Positions 27,029 to 35,446 of a stretch of DNA of 55,484 bases are shown piece by piece. This stretch comes from Bacteroidales bacterium. GTDB lineage: Bacteria > Bacteroidota > Bacteroidia > Bacteroidales > ML635J-15. The DNA lies in the NCBI GenBank assembly GCA_031284905.1, contig JAITXI010000120.1, positions 1 through 55,484 on the forward strand. The letters are read 5' to 3'. Made by a program: the position numbers and the translations under genes. Each line of letters opens with the position of its first letter. The stretch's first letter is position 1. The notes under the pieces are model-generated. The model ran no database searches. It saw only the letters and a program-made list of their open reading frames with translations, and had not been told where the DNA came from.

Positions 27029-28738
27029 ATGCAAAAACAATTATTAATAATAATATTTATTTTCATTGTTTCTTTAACTTTTTCACAAAAAAAATCAAAG
27101 GAGACTATTACACAAGAACAAAAATTTTCCTTTAAGTATTATTTTCTCGAAGGAGCAAAGCAAAAAAATTTAGGTAATTATAATTTAGCTTTAGGTTATT
27201 ATGGTGAAGCTTTAAAAATTAATGAAAAAGACCCTGCGACAAATTTTGAAATAGCAAATATTTTAATAGCAAATCAAGATTATTTTTCAGCAATACAATA
27301 CATTAAAAATTCAGTAAAAAACGATAAAAGCAATAACAAATTTTATCTTTCAACTTTACTTTCGTGCCAAGTAAATACGGGAGATATTAATGGAGTTATT
27401 GATACTTATAAAAATTTAATTAAAACTTCAGACAAAACTATTTATTATTATTTCGATTTGGCAAATCTTTACGCAAAAAATCAAGATTTTAAAAATGCTT
27501 TAAAAACATTAAATGAAGCAGAGAAAAAATTTGGAATAACAGAAGAAATTTCTATTACAAAAGAGTCAATATATTTCAATCAGAAAAACAACAAAGCTGC
27601 CATAAATGAAATGATAAAATTATTGAAATCAAATCCAACGAATAATAAATACAAAGCACTCTTAGCCGAAACCTACCAAAATACAGGAGATATGAAATCT
27701 GCTCAGGAATATTATTCTCAAATAGAAAATTCTAATAGTTTAGATGGTTATGTTTGTTTATCGGTTGCAAATTATTATAGTGCTACAAAAAATTTCGGAA
27801 AATTTTTTGAGTTTCTAAATAAAGCATTTTTAGATGTCTCCGTAGATGTTTCTATTAAAAAAAATATTTTATTTGGTATTATTGACGATGTGGAATTTAC
27901 ACAAAAATATTCTTCTGAAATTAAAAATTTAATAGATGTAGTGATTTTTGAAAATACAGATGATTTAGCTATAAAAGCAATTTATGCGGATTTTTTAATA
28001 AATTTACAAAATTATAAAGCTGCACAGGGAATTATTGAAGAATTGTTGCAAAACGATAAAAATAAATATCAAATTTGGCAACAACTTTTAACTATCGATT
28101 ATTCTATCCAAGATTATCAAAAACTCTACGAACACGGCAAAGAAGCGGTAGAATTATTTCCCAATTATTTAGAACTTTATAAATTTTATGTTTTAGCTGC
28201 TTTTATTACTCAAAACTATAATGACGTTGCTACAGCAGTCGATTATGCTTCTATGCTTGCGATTTCCGATATTCCTGTACTTGTAGATTTGCTTTCGATG
28301 CAAGGAGAGGCTTATTATAAATTAGAAAAATATTCACAATCGGATTCTGTTTTTGATTTAGCCCTTTCAAAAGATCCTGAAAATATAAATATTTTAAATA
28401 ATTACAGTTATTATCTTTCAACTCGTAATGAAAAGATTGATAAGGCTTTATCATTAAGTACCAAATTAATTTCTTTAAGTAGTACTAACCCTATTTATTT
28501 AGATACTCATGCTTGGGCTTTATATAAAAATCAACAATTTGAAGATGCCTTAAATTATATTAATAAAACAATCTTATTTGATGCAACAAAAGGAATTTAT
28601 TATAATCATAAAGGTGATATTTTGTATAAATTAAACCTAAAAGATGATGCGGTAAAAATGTGGGAGAAAGCAAAATATCTTAACGATACCTCCTCTGATA
28701 TTGATAAAAAAATTATTAACAAATCTATTATTGAATAA
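27029..28738 (+). CDS. TPR repeat protein (secreted/periplasmic)
   Basis: 569 aa with a signal-like N-terminus and many TPR-like A/Y/L heptad patterns (..GNYNLALGYYGEALKINEKDP.., ..DDAVKMWEKAKYLN..). Confidence 0.75.
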   Translation: MQKQLLIIIFIFIVSLTFSQKKSKETITQEQKFSFKYYFLEGAKQKNLGNYNLALGYYGEALKINEKDPATNFEIANILIANQDYFSAIQYIKNSVKNDKSNNKFYLSTLLSCQVNTGDINGVIDTYKNLIKTSDKTIYYYFDLANLYAKNQDFKNALKTLNEAEKKFGITEEISITKESIYFNQKNNKAAINEMIKLLKSNPTNNKYKALLAETYQNTGDMKSAQEYYSQIENSNSLDGYVCLSVANYYSATKNFGKFFEFLNKAFLDVSVDVSIKKNILFGIIDDVEFTQKYSSEIKNLIDVVIFENTDDLAIKAIYADFLINLQNYKAAQGIIEELLQNDKNKYQIWQQLLTIDYSIQDYQKLYEHGKEAVELFPNYLELYKFYVLAAFITQNYNDVATAVDYASMLAISDIPVLVDLLSMQGEAYYKLEKYSQSDSVFDLALSKDPENINILNNYSYYLSTRNEKIDKALSLSTKLISLSSTNPIYLDTHAWALYKNQQFEDALNYINKTILFDATKGIYYNHKGDILYKLNLKDDAVKMWEKAKYLNDTSSDIDKKIINKSIIE

Positions 28739-28740
28739 TC

Positions 28741-29673
28741 TTGAAAAAAATAAGCAGTATATTATTAAAAAATAAAAATTTCTTTCTGTTATTATTAATA
28801 GGATTTACTCTATTTTCATGTAAATCAAAACAAAAAATAGAAATAGATTACAAAAAAAATGAATATCTCAAAAGTAATAAATTGTATGAATTAGTTACTT
28901 ATAATGAATTGAAATACAATACTCTAAATATGAAATTGTCTGTTCAAATTATCTCCAATAATTTTTCGAAAGATGAGTTTACAGGAATCGTTAGAATTAA
29001 AAAAGATAGTATTATTTGGATAAGTTTTAGATCGTTAAATATTGAAGGCGCGAGAATTTGTATTACAAAAGATTCTGTGCGATTTATCAATAGAATTAAC
29101 GATTCTTATTTTACAGAAAATTTTTCCTCTTTTGCAAATCATTTCAAACTTGACATTGACTATAATATATTACAATCTATTCTAACAAATTCATTTTTCT
29201 TTTATCCTTGTTGTTCAGATGACTCCGAAAAAATTGATAATTTCAAACTTTGTTCAGATAAAGATTATTATTGTATTTCTTCGTTGTCAAGACGAGAAAC
29301 TTCAAAATATTTTTCTAAAGCTTTAACATCAGAAAGATGGAATAAAAAACTTGAAAAAGAAATTTCAGATTCTTCTTCGAATAATCACGAAGAGGATTAT
29401 GAATTTCAAATAGTAAAAATTATTCCCGAAATATTTAAAATTGCAAACGTTTTTCTTGAAAATTATATAGACAAACAGTCGCTTTATATTAGTTATGACA
29501 AACAAATTTTAGTTAACAAACAGATTTTTCCTGAAGTTATTAAAGTAGAATTAGAAACCCCACAACTAAAAAGTGACATAACTTTAAATATTTCTAATGT
29601 TTATATTGACCAAAACGATCAGAGTTATCCTTTTAAAATAAATACAAAAAATACGAAAATAGAGTTTAAGTAA
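28741..29673 (+). CDS. lipoprotein, DUF4292-like (by recollection of conserved synteny after the TPR gene)
   Basis: 310 aa with a TTG start and a lipobox (IGFTLFSC). Family name was not verified. Confidence 0.55.
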   Translation: MKKISSILLKNKNFFLLLLIGFTLFSCKSKQKIEIDYKKNEYLKSNKLYELVTYNELKYNTLNMKLSVQIISNNFSKDEFTGIVRIKKDSIIWISFRSLNIEGARICITKDSVRFINRINDSYFTENFSSFANHFKLDIDYNILQSILTNSFFFYPCCSDDSEKIDNFKLCSDKDYYCISSLSRRETSKYFSKALTSERWNKKLEKEISDSSSNNHEEDYEFQIVKIIPEIFKIANVFLENYIDKQSLYISYDKQILVNKQIFPEVIKVELETPQLKSDITLNISNVYIDQNDQSYPFKINTKNTKIEFK

Positions 29674-29716
29674 TTATTGAAAAATATAATTATAACAAAT
29701 TATATATTAAAGACTA

Positions 29717-31492
29717 ATGAATAAAATGTTAATAAAAGTAGGTAGAATTATTTCTATATGGAAATCAAAACATATAGGTGATAAAAATTTTCTGCTGATA
29801 TTATCGGTAGCGGTCGGAATAACAGTTGGTTTTGCAGCATTATTATTAAAATTTTCAGTTAGTCAAGTGAGAAGACTTGTTGTGTTTTTAGTAGAGAAAT
29901 ATTCGTTTAATTATTTTTATATAATTTTCCCCGCTATTGGAATTTTTTTAACAATTATTTTTGTAAATTATATTATAAAGAAAAAATTAGGACATGGAAT
30001 CCCAATGGTATTACGTTCAATTTCAAAAAATAATGGAATAATTCCATTTTACAATATTTTTTCAAGAATTATTGCAAGTTCTCTAACCGTTGGATTTGGA
30101 GGGTCTGTTGGATTGGAAGGACCAATAGTAGCATCGGGAGCGGCAATTGGAAGTAATATCGGACGATTTTTCCATCTTTCTTATCGGCACATAATTTTGT
30201 TAATTGGTTGTGCCTCAACAGCCGCTGTCGCAGCAATTTTCAAAGCTCCTATTACTGCTGTTGTATTTGCACTTGAAGTAATAATGCTTGATTTAACAAC
30301 TACATCGTTATTACCTTTATTACTTTCTTCAATTTCTGCGGCACTTGTTTCATTTATCTTTTCCGGGCAAAATTATATTTACTATGTGGAAAAATTATCG
30401 CCTTTTGAAATAAAAAATGTTATTTTTTATATTTTATTAGGATTATTAACCGGAATTTTTTCAGTTTTATTTTCAAAAATTTATCTGAAAACTAATTTAA
30501 TCTTCGAGAAAGTAAAGTCGAAATGGATAAAATATTTTATAGGAATAATTGCTCTTGGAGGTATAATTTTTGTTTTTCCAAGTTTGTATGGCGAAGGATA
30601 TGAAGGAGTAAATCAAGCAATTCAAGGAAAATTTGACTTTGTTTTTGAAAATACTTTTTATAAAAATTTGTATGGACTTTGGTTTGTAATAATTGTATTA
30701 ATTTCAGTTTTGTTGTTCAAAATAATAGCTGTTTGTTCAACTTTTGTGAGTGGAGGCGTTGGGGGATTATTTGCTCCGTCTTTATTTTCCGGAGCTGTAT
30801 CTGGACTATTGTTTTCTTTAATTTTCAAACAATTTGGTATAAATTTGCCGGTTTCTAATTTTGTTTTAGCAGGAATGGCTGGCGTTATGTCAGGAGTTAT
30901 GCATGCTCCATTAACAGCAATTTTCTTAATTGCAGAAATTACAGGCGGATATTCATTATTTGTTCCTTTGATGATAGTTTCAGCAATTTCATTTTTTACG
31001 GCAAGAATTTGGATGAAAAATTCGATAGAAACATTAATATTAGCTCAAAATGGAGAATTACTTACTCATAATGCAGATGCAAATATGTTGGCAATGTTAG
31101 ATATAGAATCTTTAATCGAAACTAATTTTCTGACAATTGATTACGATGCTAAACTTAAAGATCTAATTTCAATAATTGTAGATTCAAGTCGCAATATTTA
31201 TGTAGTAATTGATAAAGAAAATAATTTGAAAGGCATAATCTGGTTAGAAAATATTAAACAGGTCATATTTAATCCGGAGCTTTATGATAATACTTTAGTA
31301 AAAGATTTGATGTATTATCCGGAGCCGATTATCGAAAGAAATATGAATGTAACACAAGTAGCTAAAATGTTTGAGGAAACATCTCATTATAATATTCCTG
31401 TTGTAAATAATGAAAAATATGTTGGTTTTATTTCAAGAGCCAAACTATTTTCTCAATATAGAACGTTATTAAAAAAATTCTCTGACGATTAA
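29717..31492 (+). CDS. ClC-family voltage-gated chloride channel with C-terminal CBS pair
   Basis: 591 aa with GSVGLEGP and GGLFAPS selectivity-filter motifs, multiple TM segments, and a CBS-like C-terminus (..NIPVVNNEKYVGFISRAKL..). Confidence 0.9.
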   Translation: MNKMLIKVGRIISIWKSKHIGDKNFLLILSVAVGITVGFAALLLKFSVSQVRRLVVFLVEKYSFNYFYIIFPAIGIFLTIIFVNYIIKKKLGHGIPMVLRSISKNNGIIPFYNIFSRIIASSLTVGFGGSVGLEGPIVASGAAIGSNIGRFFHLSYRHIILLIGCASTAAVAAIFKAPITAVVFALEVIMLDLTTTSLLPLLLSSISAALVSFIFSGQNYIYYVEKLSPFEIKNVIFYILLGLLTGIFSVLFSKIYLKTNLIFEKVKSKWIKYFIGIIALGGIIFVFPSLYGEGYEGVNQAIQGKFDFVFENTFYKNLYGLWFVIIVLISVLLFKIIAVCSTFVSGGVGGLFAPSLFSGAVSGLLFSLIFKQFGINLPVSNFVLAGMAGVMSGVMHAPLTAIFLIAEITGGYSLFVPLMIVSAISFFTARIWMKNSIETLILAQNGELLTHNADANMLAMLDIESLIETNFLTIDYDAKLKDLISIIVDSSRNIYVVIDKENNLKGIIWLENIKQVIFNPELYDNTLVKDLMYYPEPIIERNMNVTQVAKMFEETSHYNIPVVNNEKYVGFISRAKLFSQYRTLLKKFSDD

Positions 31493-31506
31493 AAAATTAT
31501 AATATT

Positions 31507-32601
31507 ATGAAAAAAATAAAAATTTTAAGTATTGACTCCGGAGGAATAAAAGGATTAATTCCTGCAATATTATTAAATTACATTGAAGAGTTATTGCAAC
31601 AAAAAACAAATAATCCGGATGCTACTTTATCTGATTTTTTTGATATGATAGCAGGAACATCTACTGGTGGGATTTTAGCTTGTTTTTATTTAATACCTTC
31701 AAATAATGAAAATGGACCAAAAGCAAAACATTTTGCCAAAGAAGCAGTAAATTTATATGCAGAAAGAGGTAAAGATATTTTTAAGCCAAAAATTGAAACA
31801 TCTTTAAATAAAATTACAAATTTCTTTAGTAAAGATAAGGAAAAAGAAAAAGGTATTTTTAAGAATAAACTTACTTCTTCTCTCAATTCTGCAAACAATT
31901 TAATTGCTGAAGAATATTCAGAAGTTGAATTTGAAAAAATTTTGAAAGAAGAAATGGGATATGCAAAATTATCCGAAACATTAAAACATTGTTTTGTGGT
32001 TTCTTATAACATTTCAACTTGTAAACCGGTAATGTTTTCAACACCCGAAGCAAAAAAATATATTCATCGCGATTATTATTTAAAAGATATTTCGAGGGCA
32101 ACATCAGCTGCTCCAACTTATTTTAAATTAGCTGCAATATCTTCACTTGCAGGAGCTACACAATATTTGATTGACGGAGGAATATTCGCTTCAAACCCTG
32201 CTTTATGTGCAATTGTAGAAGCAAATAAATATTTTTTTAAAGACAAAAATAATTTTGTAGATGATATGTTTGTTTTATCAGTAGGAACAGGAAACGAAAA
32301 AGAAGAATATGACTATAAAAAAGCTCAAAATTGGGGTGTTGCTCAATGGGCTATTCCTGTAATGAATATTATGATGTCTGCATCTGTTGAAATTGTTGAT
32401 TATCAGGTAAAGCAATTGTTTGCAAGTGCAAATTCTTCTGAAAATTATTTTAGAATGGAACCTGATTTATGCAATGCAACTTTTGAATTAGATAATACTT
32501 CCGATGAAAACATTAAAAATCTTAAAGATGCAGCACTAAATTATATTGCTCAAAATGCTGAAAAAATTGACGAAATTGTTGAAAAAATTTTGGTTCTATA
32601 A
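31507..32601 (+). CDS. patatin-like phospholipase
   Basis: 364 aa with oxyanion SIDSGGIKG, nucleophile GTSTGG (GxSxG) and catalytic Asp in LIDGGIFASNP. Confidence 0.9.
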   Translation: MKKIKILSIDSGGIKGLIPAILLNYIEELLQQKTNNPDATLSDFFDMIAGTSTGGILACFYLIPSNNENGPKAKHFAKEAVNLYAERGKDIFKPKIETSLNKITNFFSKDKEKEKGIFKNKLTSSLNSANNLIAEEYSEVEFEKILKEEMGYAKLSETLKHCFVVSYNISTCKPVMFSTPEAKKYIHRDYYLKDISRATSAAPTYFKLAAISSLAGATQYLIDGGIFASNPALCAIVEANKYFFKDKNNFVDDMFVLSVGTGNEKEEYDYKKAQNWGVAQWAIPVMNIMMSASVEIVDYQVKQLFASANSSENYFRMEPDLCNATFELDNTSDENIKNLKDAALNYIAQNAEKIDEIVEKILVL

Positions 32602-32663
32602 CAAATTAGGTGGATAATCAAAAGAACTAATAATTATTTTAAATTTGTAGTTTCAAAAAAGTG

Positions 32664-33644
32664 ATGGAAATCTCTACAAAAAAAGTTCCTAAAGAAGATA
32701 AAACAACGAACGAAAAGAATCTGCGTTCTATTTTTGGTGATTTCTTGATAAGTTTTATTATTACTCCATTAACTTGCCTGCCAATTTTTATTTTTCTACA
32801 TAAAATTTTACCTAACTTTGATTGGTTCTTTAATTTAGATAGAATTTTGTTATTTTTAATTATTTTTTCTTTATTAGAATTTTTTTTTAATCTTTTTAGA
32901 AAAATTGCAATTTGGTTTTTTGTGATTGTTTTAGGAGTAATTATTATTGGAAGTGTCAGAGGAAAATACGGTTTTTATGATGTTTATTGTGGATATAGAA
33001 ATATGATTGTTGCAATAATTGACGAACCGCAAGGAAAAGTTTTTGATTTAAAAAATATTATTCCCAATCCTCAAAAACAGGAAGTTATTAATGCCGTGAA
33101 TTTTTCTAATGATACGGTTAGAAATTTTGCGATAGTAATTGCAGGGAAACATTTTAAAGAATCTAAAAATAAAAATTATTATTCCGATTATAGAAATTTA
33201 ATTCAGTGTTTTTCGATTTTTAAAGAAATTAACTCTAATTGGAATTATGTAAATGATCCTAGGAGTAGAGAATATTTTGCCAAAGCAAGTGAAACTGTAA
33301 ATAATTATAAAGAAGATTCTAATAATTATTTTAGTGGAGATTGTGATGACCACGCAATACTTATGGTTGCTTGTATTACAGCCATAGGAGGAACCGCTCG
33401 TTTGGTTTGGACTGACGGTCATATTTATCCCGAATTATTGATTGGTGACAATTCCGATTTTGAAGATATTGCGTACCTTATCAGACGAGAATTGTTCAGT
33501 AATGAAATAAGTAAAGCAAAAGATAAAAATTTGTATTATCATATTGAAAAAGATGGCAAAATTTGGCTAAATTTAGACTATACAGAGCATTTTCCGGGCG
33601 GAAAATTTCTTAACGATGGGGTTTTAGATACTTTTGAACCGTAA
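32664..33644 (+). CDS. membrane-anchored transglutaminase-like cysteine protease-fold protein
   Basis: About 326 aa with an N-terminal block of hydrophobic helices. The C-terminal domain has the GDCDDHAILMVACITAIGGTARLV core typical of transglutaminase-like proteins. ATG at 32664 is preferred over GTG at 32661. Confidence 0.7.
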   Translation: MEISTKKVPKEDKTTNEKNLRSIFGDFLISFIITPLTCLPIFIFLHKILPNFDWFFNLDRILLFLIIFSLLEFFFNLFRKIAIWFFVIVLGVIIIGSVRGKYGFYDVYCGYRNMIVAIIDEPQGKVFDLKNIIPNPQKQEVINAVNFSNDTVRNFAIVIAGKHFKESKNKNYYSDYRNLIQCFSIFKEINSNWNYVNDPRSREYFAKASETVNNYKEDSNNYFSGDCDDHAILMVACITAIGGTARLVWTDGHIYPELLIGDNSDFEDIAYLIRRELFSNEISKAKDKNLYYHIEKDGKIWLNLDYTEHFPGGKFLNDGVLDTFEP

Positions 33645-33793
33645 TGTATAGATATACTAAATAATTACCTTATACTAAATTGCTATAATAGCTAAGTAAG
33701 GTTAAACAATATTTTTCAACAATAACATGTCTAAATGCCATATTGTAGATTTTTTAAAATAATATTATTTGCTAATTTGATAGCATTTTAGTA

Positions 33794-34687
33794 TTATAAA
33801 TTAGGAATAGAATATGCGCGTTTTTTATTTTTAGTGTAAAAAATTAATTTATATAAATCGAAAATCACTAATTTAGGATTTTTTGATTTTATGAGATATT
33901 TTTTAATTTGTTTGTTGAACATATTAACAAATGGAAAAATAATTTTAATAATTGTTTTGTGTTCATTATAAAATTTCAACATTGCAATATAATTTAGAAA
34001 ATCTTTGTCGATATTGGCATTTTTTTCAATTTCAAAAATATTTATTATACTTTGTTCTGTTTTTTCGAGGAAAATTTCGTTTATATCAAGCGCTAAATGT
34101 ATTACCGGATTGTCAATGTATTTTACGGATATTCCGTTTTTTTCTAATTCATAAGCAAAAAGTGTATCTTCATGTCCATATTTTGTTAAAAATTCTCTGA
34201 ATTTCACTTTATTAAATATTTCTTTGTCAGCCATGAAATTTGCAGTCGTGAAACGTCTTGTGAAATTTTTATCAATTTTTTCTGTTTCGCAAGTATATCG
34301 TAAGGAACAATTGTCGTTTTTTTGTAATTTATCGCATTTTGTTCCGCCGTAAATTATTGGATATTTAATATTATCAAGGTAATTTTTTATAAAATTATGG
34401 TCGTCAATTTTTATATCGGAATCCAAAAAAATCAGTTTATTAAAACGAGAAGTTTCTGCTAATTTATTTCTAATTGCACTTCGTCCGATATTCTTCGGTA
34501 AAATTATATGGTTTACGTTAGGAATATCTTTGATTTTTTTTTCATTTTGTTGCGAAAATTCATATTCTGAACCGTCTTCCATTACTATTATTTCATATTC
34601 AATTTCCAAAATTGGCAATAATTCATTTAATCTAAAAATTAAATTTGAAATATCGTAGTTATATGTTGGAATACAAATGCTTATCAT
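33794..34687 (-). CDS. family 2 glycosyltransferase
   Basis: 297 aa with N-terminus MISICIPTYNY and DxD-like FLDSD. Confidence 0.85.
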   Translation of the reverse strand: MISICIPTYNYDISNLIFRLNELLPILEIEYEIIVMEDGSEYEFSQQNEKKIKDIPNVNHIILPKNIGRSAIRNKLAETSRFNKLIFLDSDIKIDDHNFIKNYLDNIKYPIIYGGTKCDKLQKNDNCSLRYTCETEKIDKNFTRRFTTANFMADKEIFNKVKFREFLTKYGHEDTLFAYELEKNGISVKYIDNPVIHLALDINEIFLEKTEQSIINIFEIEKNANIDKDFLNYIAMLKFYNEHKTIIKIIFPFVNMFNKQIKKYLIKSKNPKLVIFDLYKLIFYTKNKKRAYSIPNL

Positions 34688-34712
34688 ATATTTTTTATTT
34701 TTGTGTTTTTTA

Positions 34713-34797
34713 TTTTGTTTGGTCGAATACCTAACAGTATAAAATCAGTTATTATTAATTCTTTTACCGAATGTTGCAAACCTAATGGCATGCAATT
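34713..34797. repeat. two-hairpin repeat element, copy B
   Basis: TTTGGTCGAATACCTAACAGTAT ... TTTTACCGAATGTTGCAAACCTAATGGCATGCAA. It aligns in direct orientation with copy A. On the minus strand the right half reads TAGGTTTG (TAnnTTTG) upstream of the GT2 gene. Confidence 0.6.
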
Positions 34798-34867
34798 TGT
34801 TGTTTTTTTACAATTAGAGTTACGCATTTTCTCAATATTATTACAAAGTATCATTAAACATTTATCA

Positions 34868-35437
34868 TTATTTTTTATTTTTTATCGAATCGTGATTAAA
34901 TTTTATTAAATCTATATCTAAATCTTCAATTTGTTTTTGAAGTTGCCGATAAACAGAATCGTTAAGTTGTTTGTAGTTGTATTTCAAAGTATCCAGTCTA
35001 TAAAGCGAATCTATTATTGATTTGTATTTTTCTATTTCCATATTATATTTTTCATTCCATTCAAATAATATATTGGGACATTTGTCTGCAAGATTATCTT
35101 TTATAGTTTCAAATTTTTTTTGAAATATTTCAAAGTCAAAAAAATCGCTTTTAGCCCTTTCACTTCCTTTTGTTGCTAGATATATTGTATTAAAATATAC
35201 TTTTGACATATCATTTGCCATTTCTAATAATTCATCACAATTTGAAATTTCTTTGTTATCATATTTGGCATACAAATCTTCTAATTCTTCAATATCAAAA
35301 ATTAAAGAGTCATGGTCAGAAAATTCTGATTTTTGTTCAATTTTTTTTGTACACGAAAATAATATTAGTAAAATTAATATTAAAAAACTAAATTTTAGAA
35401 TTGTAATTTTGCTTATACGAGGACTAAAATCATTCAT
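34868..35437 (-). CDS. hypothetical lipoprotein
   Basis: 189 aa with lipobox-like LILFSC after an unusual MNDFSPRISK leader. It lies directly downstream of tamB. Confidence 0.55.
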   Translation of the reverse strand: MNDFSPRISKITILKFSFLILILLILFSCTKKIEQKSEFSDHDSLIFDIEELEDLYAKYDNKEISNCDELLEMANDMSKVYFNTIYLATKGSERAKSDFFDFEIFQKKFETIKDNLADKCPNILFEWNEKYNMEIEKYKSIIDSLYRLDTLKYNYKQLNDSVYRQLQKQIEDLDIDLIKFNHDSIKNKK

Positions 35438-35446
35438 ATATTAAAT

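Noticed and set aside
31507-32601. Patatin-like phospholipase as a CBASS (CapV-type) effector.
   Set aside because: No CD-NTase/cyclase, no E1/E2/JAB accessory genes and no other defence genes are adjacent. The neighbours are a ClC channel and a membrane transglutaminase-like protein.
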